Below are positions 35,825 through 43,604 of a DNA stretch of 64,000 nucleotides, in pieces. This DNA comes from Nitrospiraceae bacterium. GTDB taxonomy: Bacteria; Nitrospirota; Thermodesulfovibrionia; Thermodesulfovibrionales; UBA1546. The stretch is taken from the NCBI GenBank assembly GCA_021373015.1, contig JAJFTJ010000014.1, forward strand, positions 10,927 to 74,926, in the 5' to 3' direction. A program made the position numbers and the translations under genes. The notes beneath the pieces were generated by a model, which saw nothing but the letters and a program-made list of their open reading frames with translations, did no database searches and was not told the DNA's origin. Each line of letters starts with the position of its first letter. Position 1 is the stretch's first letter.

Positions 35825-36259
35825 TTATTTTTTCTTATTGCACTTTGAGCAATAACCTTTAATCTCAAGGGTGTGAGTAACAGGGATAAAGTTTTTATCC
35901 TTGCAGAGTTTTGCCTGAAGCTCTTCAATCTTTTCTGAAAAAATTGATATAACCTTTCCGCAGCCTATGCATATCACATGATCATGATGTTCATGCCCGA
36001 ATGTGTGTTCATAAAAAGTCTGTTTATCGGTCTTCCCAACTATTCCAACAAGTCCGCATTCGATCATCAAAGGCAGAGTTCTGTAAATTGACGCCCTTGA
36101 AACTCTTATTCCTTTCTGCCTCATCTTTATAAGGATTTCTTCCGGATCAAAGTGATTATGATTCGAAAAAACCTCCCTTAGGACAGCCTCTCTCTCTTGT
36201 GTGTATTTAAGTCCTTTTTTATCCAAAAATTCCCTGAATACTTTTTCTTCCATATTCAA
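35825..36259 (-). CDS. fur: Fur-family metal-responsive transcriptional regulator
   Basis: Winged-helix N-terminus (RVSRASIYRTL), HEHHDHVICIGCGKV and CSKC metal sites. Overlaps the feoB stop by 4 nt. Confidence 0.85.
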   Translation of the reverse strand: MNMEEKVFREFLDKKGLKYTQEREAVLREVFSNHNHFDPEEILIKMRQKGIRVSRASIYRTLPLMIECGLVGIVGKTDKQTFYEHTFGHEHHDHVICIGCGKVISIFSEKIEELQAKLCKDKNFIPVTHTLEIKGYCSKCNKKK

Positions 36260-38202
36260 AAACTCACATTAAGGGTTCTAAGAATAAAATTAAGCAGTCC
36301 TCCTACAGCAAATGCTGTTGGAAAAACTATTGCAACTATGGCCAGAGCTGTTTTTATTCCTCTTTCTTTAATTGTCATAAAAAGATTTGCAAGACACGGG
36401 ATAAAAAGTGTTATTGTTACAAGGCTGACCACTGACTGAACAGGATCAAGTTCTCCATTTTTTGCCATTGTAAAAAGACCAGCTGCACCATAATCTCTTC
36501 TAAGAAACCCTAGTATAAACGCCGCTGTTGTTTTCTCCGGCAGTCCGACAAAACTAGTAATAACAGGTCTGGTCAACATTTCAAGTTTATAGATAAGATT
36601 GAATTTGTGCATTAAAAAGAGCATAAAAGTTCCAAGCATGAATAAAGGGACAGCCTCCTTTAGATACCATTCAATTCTTCCAGTGGTTTTAACAAGCATG
36701 TTCATAATATTAGGTCTTCTTATGGGCGGTATCTCAAGAAAAAATTCTGTTCTCTCGCCTTTCACAATCTTTGACGCAAGATATCCTGAGAGTAAAAGCG
36801 TTCCAAGCACAACACCAGACCATACAAGCATCGCCTTGAAAGATAAAGCGCCGAGCATCCCAAGTATAACGCCTATCTGTGCAGAGCATGGAACTGCAAG
36901 TGCAAGCAGAAATGTTGTGATTATTCTTTCTCTTTTTGTCTCGAGTATCCTCGATGTCATGACTGCCATTGTGCCGCAGCCCAATCCCAGAACCATAGGC
37001 AACACTGCCTTGCCGTTTAATCCCATAAAATTAAAAACTCTGTTGCTCATTATTGCAAGTCTTGGAAGATAACCGCTGTCTTCAAGTATTGCAAATGCAA
37101 TAAAAAAGGTTGCTGTTATGGGAAGTATAATAGCGATCGCATAGGTTAGAGCAACAGTAATTAGTCCATATTCACCAACAAATATTTCCTGAAGAAGCTT
37201 AGAGGGGATAAACAGTTCCACAACACTTTTTGCCATTGGGTTAATATAATTTTCAAAAATAGTTTTTTCTAAAAAACTAACCAGAGTTCCTGCGCCAAAA
37301 ACTCCGACGAACTCATAAAGTCCGAATAAAACAGCCAGTAAAACTGGAATCCCCCATACCGGATGCATGCTTATTCTTCCTAGAAAAGATGCAGTATTGT
37401 TTGCATTATATGGAATTCTTTTTAATACTTTTTCTGTAATTTCTTCTGCTATTTCAAGACGTCTCTGAGTTATTAAAATGCTTATGGGCTCTTTCACTTT
37501 TAACTGGCATTCATCTCTAAGAATCTCTATCTTTTTTATTTTTTCAGCTGCGATATTTGTTACGAGCCAGTCCTTGAGGCTTCCATCTCCGGCAAGGATC
37601 ATCAAGGCAACAGCTTTTTTTGATATGTTCGACTCAGGAAGACAAGCAGATATTTTTTCTGTATATTCTTCAACTATTGAATCATATTTAATCTTTAGAG
37701 TTGGGAGAGAAGGACTTTTAATGGCGTTTTTTATTTCCTTTATTCCTTTTCTCTGCGGCGCTATCGTACTTATAACCTTAACCCCGCTGATTGCGCTTAA
37801 ATCTTTTGTATTAATAGCTATCCCTCTATCTCGAGCTTCATCCTCCATGTTCAATACAAGTACTAATGGCAATCCCATCTCTGCAAGCTGTATTGTCACA
37901 AGCAATGATCTGCGGAGATTTTTTGTATCAGCAACCTGCACAACACAACTAGGCCTTTCTTTTAACAGCATATCTCTAGTGACTTTTTCGTCCTCGCTCA
38001 TTGGAATAAGACTGTTTGTGCCTGGAGTATCAAGAACAATATATTCTTTGTCGTCGAGTTTCATATCACCATATGAGACCTCGACAGTAGTCCCGGGGTA
38101 ATTTGATACTGTTACATATTTTTTTGTAAGAAGGCCGAATATAACGCTTTTGCCAACATTAGGGTTTCCCACAAGAACTATTTTATTGTTCTTCATAGCC
38201 AT
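36256..38202 (-). CDS. feoB: ferrous iron transporter FeoB
   Basis: N-terminal G-domain (VGNPNVGKS, DTPGT, NMED) followed by a polytopic membrane domain. 648 aa. Confidence 0.92.
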   Translation of the reverse strand: MAMKNNKIVLVGNPNVGKSVIFGLLTKKYVTVSNYPGTTVEVSYGDMKLDDKEYIVLDTPGTNSLIPMSEDEKVTRDMLLKERPSCVVQVADTKNLRRSLLVTIQLAEMGLPLVLVLNMEDEARDRGIAINTKDLSAISGVKVISTIAPQRKGIKEIKNAIKSPSLPTLKIKYDSIVEEYTEKISACLPESNISKKAVALMILAGDGSLKDWLVTNIAAEKIKKIEILRDECQLKVKEPISILITQRRLEIAEEITEKVLKRIPYNANNTASFLGRISMHPVWGIPVLLAVLFGLYEFVGVFGAGTLVSFLEKTIFENYINPMAKSVVELFIPSKLLQEIFVGEYGLITVALTYAIAIILPITATFFIAFAILEDSGYLPRLAIMSNRVFNFMGLNGKAVLPMVLGLGCGTMAVMTSRILETKRERIITTFLLALAVPCSAQIGVILGMLGALSFKAMLVWSGVVLGTLLLSGYLASKIVKGERTEFFLEIPPIRRPNIMNMLVKTTGRIEWYLKEAVPLFMLGTFMLFLMHKFNLIYKLEMLTRPVITSFVGLPEKTTAAFILGFLRRDYGAAGLFTMAKNGELDPVQSVVSLVTITLFIPCLANLFMTIKERGIKTALAIVAIVFPTAFAVGGLLNFILRTLNVSF

Positions 38203-38222
38203 TTTATCTGTTACTAATCCTT

Positions 38223-38245
38223 TAATTGAGATTGAGTCTCAATTA
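38223..38245. promoter_or_regulatory. candidate Fur-family operator: 9-5-9 inverted repeat
   Basis: TAATTGAGA-TTGAG-TCTCAATTA perfect inverted repeat, immediately downstream of the feoB -10 element and 21-43 nt upstream of the feoB ATG. Confidence 0.5.
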
Positions 38246-38247
38246 CA

Positions 38248-38277
38248 ATAATACGCAACATAACATTGGCTTGTCAA
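38248..38277 (-). promoter_or_regulatory. feoB-fur promoter (TTGACA, 18 nt, TATTAT)
   Basis: Minus-strand TTGACA at 38277-38272 and TATTAT at 38253-38248. Confidence 0.5.
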
Positions 38278-38349
38278 TTCGCTTTAAATGGCACAGCAAG
38301 TAAGTTATAATTATTAAACCTTAAATTATTGGTGCACAAGGAAAATAAT

Positions 38350-39039
38350 ATGAAAAAAATACTGATTGTTGATGATCTAAAGCCTTTTATAGAACAGCAA
38401 AAAAATATTCTGTGTCGCTCTGATTTCCAGATACTGACCGCAACATCTGGAATAGATGCACTCGAAATACATAAGGAACTTGGCGCAGATCTAATGATAA
38501 TTGATCTTGATATGCCGGGAATGTCAGGTGACGAGCTTTGTTCTGAAATCCGAAAAAATTCAAACCTAAAAAGTGTGTCAATTTTAATGGTAACAAGACC
38601 CAATGAAAAAGATATCGAACGTTGCAAGAAATGCGGAGCAAACGATTATATAACAAAGCCTATTAAAGCGCAGTCACTAGTAGAAAAGGCTACCATTCTG
38701 CTCGTAGTATCTGAAAGAAAGAATTTTAGGGCACTTGCAAAAATAAAAATTGAAGGCATGTCTAATAGTTTTAATTTTTCCGCTTTTTCTGTAAACCTAA
38801 GCTCAACCGGCATATTAATAGAAACTGAACTGTCGCTGCCGATAAGTGATGTTATAAGCTGTTCATTCTTTTTACCTGACAAAACATCTGTTTCTTTTAA
38901 GGGTGAAGTAGCAAGAGTAATGAAAAAAAATGGCGCTGGCATGTATCAGTATGGAATAAGATTCACCAATATAAGCAATCTCAATAAATTAGCCATTGAA
39001 GAATACATAAAAACTCATCATACATCCTCTGATAAATAA
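38350..39039 (+). CDS. response regulator with PilZ output domain (REC-PilZ)
   Basis: REC: MKKILIVDD, IIDLDMPGMSG, ITKP. PilZ: RKNFR (RxxxR) and NLSSTG ((D/N)xSxxG). Confidence 0.85.
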   Translation: MKKILIVDDLKPFIEQQKNILCRSDFQILTATSGIDALEIHKELGADLMIIDLDMPGMSGDELCSEIRKNSNLKSVSILMVTRPNEKDIERCKKCGANDYITKPIKAQSLVEKATILLVVSERKNFRALAKIKIEGMSNSFNFSAFSVNLSSTGILIETELSLPISDVISCSFFLPDKTSVSFKGEVARVMKKNGAGMYQYGIRFTNISNLNKLAIEEYIKTHHTSSDK

Positions 39040-39040
39040 A

Positions 39041-39058
39041 TTGTTCCACGTGGAACAA
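39041..39058. repeat. 18-bp perfect palindrome TTGTTCCACGTGGAACAA, copy 1
   Basis: Lies between the REC-PilZ stop (39039) and the pabB ATG (39064). Identical to the copy at 40941-40958; the identity extends to 20 nt with the trailing AA. Confidence 0.95.
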
Positions 39059-39063
39059 AACTA

Positions 39064-40920
39064 ATGCTCTTAAAGGATTTCCCTTCAACATACTACAAGC
39101 TGGCAAAGAAACAAAACAATATAGTTATACTAGAAACGCTCCGCTACGATAAAGACAACTATAAAACATTTTTATTTATCAAACCCATAAAGATACTCCA
39201 GATATATGAATTGGATGAAGTTCCTGAACTTTTCAATAACATTGAAGCCTATCTTGATCAGAACTATTATCTTGCAGGATATTTTAATTATGAACTTGGG
39301 TATCATTTCGAAAAAATCACTGAACTTAAAAAACAGAACAAACCTGTCGCATGGTTTGGTGTATATGAAAAACCTTTGATTTTTAATCACATCACAGAAA
39401 GTTTTGAGAATCCTGACATGGGAATTCCGGGTGACGCTTCAGAAGAGAATCAAAAAAACACATACCGATTGAGCCAGCCGATGCTGAATATTAATGAAAA
39501 TGAATACTCAGAAAAAATAAATTTCATCAAGGATTACATTAAATCAGGCGATACCTATCAGATAAATTTTACAGATAAATATAATTTCACATTTCATGGC
39601 TCAAGCCTTTCCTTCTATAATGACCTAAAGAAAAAGCAGAGAGTATCTTATGCTTCTTATATAAAATCAGACAACCAGCACATAATCTGCCTTTCTCCTG
39701 AGTTGTTCTTGAGAATAAAAGATAACGAAATATTTACACGTCCGATGAAAGGGACAGCAAAAAGAGGCAAAACTTTAAATGAAGATGCAGAACTCTCTTC
39801 ATGGCTGGCAGAGAACACAAAGAATCAATCTGAAAATCTAATGATTGTGGATCTGATTAGAAATGATCTTGGCAGAATATGCGAGAATGGCACAGTCAAA
39901 GTTCACAAACTTTTTTCTATTGAAAAATATCAGACCTTGTTTCAGATGACCTCAACAGTATCAGGAAAAATAAAAAATGACGTCAAATACTATAATATTT
40001 TTAAAAGCCTATTTCCTTCAGGCTCTGTTACCGGAGCGCCAAAAATCAGATCAATGCAGATCATTCACGAACTCGAAAAAGAAACAAGAGGGGTTTACAC
40101 AGGCGCAATAGGATATTTTTCGCCAAATAATGAAGCAGTGTTCAATGTTCCGATAAGAACAATCTCCATCGAAGGCAGCAGCGCAGAAATGGGTGTCGGC
40201 AGTGGAATCGTAATTGATTCTGAACCTGAGGATGAATATAAAGAATGCAGATTAAAAGCAGACTTTCTTTTGTCTCAAACTCCTGACTTTGAGCTTATAG
40301 AATCATTACTATGGGATAATGTATTCCCTTTTCTTGATAAACATATAAAAAGAATTCAAAACTCAGCAGAGTATTTTGATTATCCCTGTGATATTGAAAA
40401 CTTAAAGAAAAAACTCATCGAACATTCCAGATTATTGATAGAAAATAAAAAATACAAAATCAGGATTAGATTAGACTGCACTGGGAACATAAAAATTGAG
40501 AACAAAATAATTGGAGACCTTGAACAGACGATAGCTTTAATAGCAGTCTCGAAAATATGCACTGATTCAAGAAAAAAGTTTTTATATCACAAAACAACAA
40601 ACAGGAACTTGTATGACAGGCTCTTCAAAACAGCTCAATCGAAAGGGTTTGCAGATATTATTTTCATGAACGAAAAAAACGAGATAACCGAAGGCGCTAT
40701 ACACAACATAATCATAAAAAGGGGTGCTGAATTTATAACGCCTCCCATAGAATCCGGATTGCTGAATGGAGTTTTTCGTCAGCACTTGCTTGAAACAAGA
40801 CTGGACATAAAAGAAGGTCTTCTTTACCTGAAGGACTTGGAGGAGGCAGAAGATATATATATCTGCAATGCTGTCAGAGGGCTGAGGAAAGCCAAGTTTT
40901 ATGATACTTTTTTAGGTTAA
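39064..40920 (+). CDS. pabB: aminodeoxychorismate synthase component I fused to aminodeoxychorismate lyase (PabB-PabC)
   Basis: Chorismate-binding motifs (SPELFL, PMKGTAKRG, GSVTGAPK, GVYTGAIGY), then a class-IV aminotransferase-like C-terminal 200 aa. 618 aa. Confidence 0.85.
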   Translation: MLLKDFPSTYYKLAKKQNNIVILETLRYDKDNYKTFLFIKPIKILQIYELDEVPELFNNIEAYLDQNYYLAGYFNYELGYHFEKITELKKQNKPVAWFGVYEKPLIFNHITESFENPDMGIPGDASEENQKNTYRLSQPMLNINENEYSEKINFIKDYIKSGDTYQINFTDKYNFTFHGSSLSFYNDLKKKQRVSYASYIKSDNQHIICLSPELFLRIKDNEIFTRPMKGTAKRGKTLNEDAELSSWLAENTKNQSENLMIVDLIRNDLGRICENGTVKVHKLFSIEKYQTLFQMTSTVSGKIKNDVKYYNIFKSLFPSGSVTGAPKIRSMQIIHELEKETRGVYTGAIGYFSPNNEAVFNVPIRTISIEGSSAEMGVGSGIVIDSEPEDEYKECRLKADFLLSQTPDFELIESLLWDNVFPFLDKHIKRIQNSAEYFDYPCDIENLKKKLIEHSRLLIENKKYKIRIRLDCTGNIKIENKIIGDLEQTIALIAVSKICTDSRKKFLYHKTTNRNLYDRLFKTAQSKGFADIIFMNEKNEITEGAIHNIIIKRGAEFITPPIESGLLNGVFRQHLLETRLDIKEGLLYLKDLEEAEDIYICNAVRGLRKAKFYDTFLG

Positions 40921-40940
40921 AAACTTGCGCAATCCCACAT

Positions 40941-40958
40941 TTGTTCCACGTGGAACAA
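40941..40958. repeat. 18-bp perfect palindrome TTGTTCCACGTGGAACAA, copy 2
   Basis: 20 nt after the pabB stop and 7 nt before the end of the convergent ORF. Exactly 1900 bp from copy 1. Confidence 0.95.
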
Positions 40959-40964
40959 AATATG

Positions 40965-41357
40965 TTACTTAGCTAAATCTTGCACCACCTGCTTTGTTAT
41001 GAGAGGAATGCCAACCTTAAAGCCCTCAATTGCACGCTCAGGCTCTCCCATAATAGCTTTAAAGTTTGCAAAAAAATATTTTTTGTCAGCGGCAATAAGA
41101 ATATCTTCAGATCTCCAAGCCCCATAATTATAACAAAATTCTTCATATCCATAGCAAATCGCTTCTTGATAAAGAATCTCATTCGATCCATTCTTAACTA
41201 ACCGCACAACAACGCGCATTGACGGGAAGTAGTCTCCAAATAAAAACTTACAGGCATAGATAGCTGAAACATAAGTGTCTAAGTATGCATCAACGGTTTT
41301 ATCCAAAAAATCATATTTCTCCATCAAGTTTTTTCTAGTATAATCAACTTTAATCAA
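40965..41357 (-). CDS. hypothetical protein; probable C-terminal half of a split lipoprotein gene
   Basis: 130-aa ORF that begins at a TTG inside the 10-bp tandem repeat, with no RBS of its own. Becomes in frame with the upstream lipoprotein ORF if one repeat unit is removed. Confidence 0.5.
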   Translation of the reverse strand: MIKVDYTRKNLMEKYDFLDKTVDAYLDTYVSAIYACKFLFGDYFPSMRVVVRLVKNGSNEILYQEAICYGYEEFCYNYGAWRSEDILIAADKKYFFANFKAIMGEPERAIEGFKVGIPLITKQVVQDLAK

Positions 41358-41372
41358 CTTTAATCAACTTTA
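41341..41372. repeat. 10-bp tandem repeat TAATCAACTT x3.2
   Basis: Three exact units at 41341-41370 plus TA. Spans the stop of ORF 41350-41703 and the start of ORF 40965-41357. Confidence 0.95.
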
Positions 41373-41703
41373 TAGCGTATCCTACTCTCTGAAGCTCTGT
41401 CATTAACGCGTTCTGAAGATCCTCATAGAGGCTGAAATTACGCAATTTTATTTGCTCAGTAAATTGACTAGATTTTGATTTCATATCAGATGCTGCCAGT
41501 AAACCTCCAACAATACCGAAAGCAAGTCCAGGGTGGTCAAAGTTCACTACGCGGTATTCGCCTAAATTTGCAGGCTCAAGAACTCCTATCGTTTTTATAT
41601 CCTGATTGGCAGACTTATTGAATGCTTTTTTTTCAATACCTCCGCAACTACCCAAAGTGAATAAAACAAACAACACAAAAAGCCATTTAAGCATAAAACG
41701 CAT
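41350..41703 (-). CDS. lipoprotein, unknown function (N-terminal half of split gene)
   Basis: Signal peptide with lipobox (LFTLGSC). RBS AAAGGAGG and its own consensus promoter. The ORF terminates inside the tandem repeat. Confidence 0.65.
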   Translation of the reverse strand: MRFMLKWLFVLFVLFTLGSCGGIEKKAFNKSANQDIKTIGVLEPANLGEYRVVNFDHPGLAFGIVGGLLAASDMKSKSSQFTEQIKLRNFSLYEDLQNALMTELQRVGYAIKLIKVD

Positions 41704-41740
41704 TTTGTGCCTCCTTTAAAAAATAAAAAACTCCATAAAA

Positions 41741-41769
41741 ATTTATCTAAAAAGCTCTATGGTTGTCAA
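41741..41769 (-). promoter_or_regulatory. sigma70 promoter of the lipoprotein gene (TTGACA, 17 nt, ATAAAT)
   Basis: Minus-strand TTGACA at 41769-41764 and ATAAAT at 41746-41741. Confidence 0.5.
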
Positions 41770-41878
41770 TAGTATATAAATTTCGTAACAAATACCTAAA
41801 AAATGTGAATTAAATAATAGGTTAATAACAGAGAAAGATTCTCCTACAAACAATATCTTTTTAAAAATTTTCTTAAAG

Positions 41879-41985
41879 TTGCATTTCTCCCTGCTTCTGT
41901 GGTATAAATATGCACTCCTTGCTCTCTCATTTTGAGTTGGGCTGAGACTCGCCGTAGGCGGGTAAATCCATAAGGAGGTGTTCGG
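41879..41985 (+). promoter_or_regulatory. rpsF promoter (TTGCAT, 18 nt, TATAAA) and a structured leader of about 70 nt
   Basis: TTGCAT at 41879-41884 and TATAAA at 41903-41908. The leader holds a CGCC-GTA-GGCG hairpin just upstream of the RBS AAGGAGG. It could be an S6:S18 autoregulatory leader but does not match one by eye. Confidence 0.4.
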
Positions 41986-42360
41986 GTGAACATCTACGAA
42001 AACATTATCATATTCAATGCATCACTCTCTGACGAAGAGATCGACACAACTTCAGGAAAGGTCAAAGACCTCATCGTAAATTCCGGCGGAGAAATTTTTA
42101 AGGCTGATATCTGGGGCAGAAAGAAACTCGCATACGATATCCAAAAACAGAAAAAAGGATTTTTCATCCTCCTTCTTTTCAAAGCTCCTTCAGCCACAAT
42201 AAAAAAGCTTGAAGACTATTACAAGGTAACAGACACTGTAATAAAATATATGGTCTTGAAGCTGGGCAAAAAACAGGCTGACAAAGCATTGCAGGCTGCT
42301 ACTGCTGAAGCTGCTACTGCAACTGCAGAAGAAAAGCCTGAGATAAAAAGCGAGGTCTAA
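41986..42360 (+). CDS. rpsF: 30S ribosomal protein S6
   Basis: GTG start after AAGGAGG. YENIIIFN...GGEI...WGRKKLAYDI.K..KGFF pattern. Acidic/Ala-rich tail. Confidence 0.9.
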   Translation: MNIYENIIIFNASLSDEEIDTTSGKVKDLIVNSGGEIFKADIWGRKKLAYDIQKQKKGFFILLLFKAPSATIKKLEDYYKVTDTVIKYMVLKLGKKQADKALQAATAEAATATAEEKPEIKSEV

Positions 42361-42758
42361 TGTTTAACAAGGTAATAATGATAGGCAATCTGACCAAAGA
42401 CCCTGAGCTCAGATATACTCCTCAGGGAACACCGGTAACATCTTTCAGGCTTGCTGTTAATTCAAAATACAAACAGTCTGATGAGTTGAAATCAGAAACA
42501 CTGTTCATTGACATTGTTGTGTTTGGAAAACAGGCTGAATCATGCAGCCAGTATTTAAGTAAGGGCAAGTCTGCATTGGTTGAAGGAAGACTTGTTGAAA
42601 GGCGCTGGGAATCAGACGGACAGCAGAGGAACAAGATGGAGGTTATTGCTGCATCAGTGCGTTTTTTATCATCAAGAAAACCAAGCGAACAGACAGAAAC
42701 CGGAGGAGCGGAATCAATTCCGCCAGCTGAAGAAACAACTGACTTAGAACCATTTTAA
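42360..42758 (+). CDS. ssb: single-stranded DNA-binding protein
   Basis: MFNKVIMIGNLTKDPELRYTPQGTPV OB-fold N-terminus and acidic C-terminal tip DLEPF. Confidence 0.92.
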   Translation: MFNKVIMIGNLTKDPELRYTPQGTPVTSFRLAVNSKYKQSDELKSETLFIDIVVFGKQAESCSQYLSKGKSALVEGRLVERRWESDGQQRNKMEVIAASVRFLSSRKPSEQTETGGAESIPPAEETTDLEPF

Positions 42759-42810
42759 ACAATAATAATATACGCTAAAAAAATTATAAATTATCGAAAG
42801 GAGAAACACA

Positions 42811-43035
42811 TTGCAACCGAGAAGAATTCAGAGAAAAAAATTCTGTAAGTTCTGTGCTGAAAAAGTAGAGTTTATTGATTATAAAGATATGAAACTCCTA
42901 AGAGGGTATATCACTGAAAAGGGAAAGATATTGGCGCGCAGAATGACAGGCACATGCTCAATACATCAAAGAGACCTTACTGAGGCGATAAAAAGAGCAA
43001 GAAATATTGCATTGCTTTCCTTTGTGGAAAAATAA
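42811..43035 (+). CDS. rpsR: 30S ribosomal protein S18
   Basis: TTG start after AAAGGAG. FCKFC....IDYKD..LL..YI.E.GKIL.RR.TG.C..HQR.L..AIKRAR..ALL pattern. Confidence 0.9.
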   Translation: MQPRRIQRKKFCKFCAEKVEFIDYKDMKLLRGYITEKGKILARRMTGTCSIHQRDLTEAIKRARNIALLSFVEK

Positions 43036-43038
43036 ACA

Positions 43039-43320
43039 ATGAGGATTCCAAAAGCATGGGTCACGCTGATATCCAAAAAAGTTGTTGATACTATTGTTGC
43101 AAAACATCTTATTACACCACTTGTACCCATTGATAAACTGCTTGCTGATACAGAGGAGCTTCTCCTTGAAGATCTTATGGTAGAAGACAGACTTAATGAA
43201 GAGATCAGAGCGCTCCTCCAGAAGCATAACCCTGAGATTGAGAAAAGCAGGCTGGATTACAGAAAGCTTTTTGAACTCACAAAAAGAAAACTGGTAAAGG
43301 AAAGGAATCTTATCATCTGA
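43039..43320 (+). CDS. DUF507 family protein (paralogue 1)
   Basis: 93 aa, helical, starts 3 nt after the rpsR stop. Recognised as DUF507-like from memory of the family (medium certainty). Confidence 0.6.
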   Translation: MRIPKAWVTLISKKVVDTIVAKHLITPLVPIDKLLADTEELLLEDLMVEDRLNEEIRALLQKHNPEIEKSRLDYRKLFELTKRKLVKERNLII

Positions 43321-43604
43321 TGTTATCAGACGAAAAAGTAACTCATCTTACACATGTATTGCTCACTGGAATTATTGACAGAAAACTTATTGAACTTAAT
43401 GAAGAAGAGAGCAAAGTCAGGCGGGAGATAAGACGTATAATTACAGACGAATTAAAAATTGGCGCTGACATAGATGTAGCAGTAAGAAGAAAACTGCAAT
43501 CCTTTTCAAAGAAGTTAGTGGAGGGGAGTCCTGAGTGGGAAGTTCTATACAAGAAGTTTTTCCGAGAGGAGGAAGTAAAAAGAGGAAGGGCATCAGGAGG
43601 ATAA
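43320..43604 (+). CDS. DUF507 family protein (paralogue 2)
   Basis: 94 aa. ATG overlaps the previous stop (ATCTGATG). Similar helical charged pattern to paralogue 1. Confidence 0.6.
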   Translation: MLSDEKVTHLTHVLLTGIIDRKLIELNEEESKVRREIRRIITDELKIGADIDVAVRRKLQSFSKKLVEGSPEWEVLYKKFFREEEVKRGRASGG

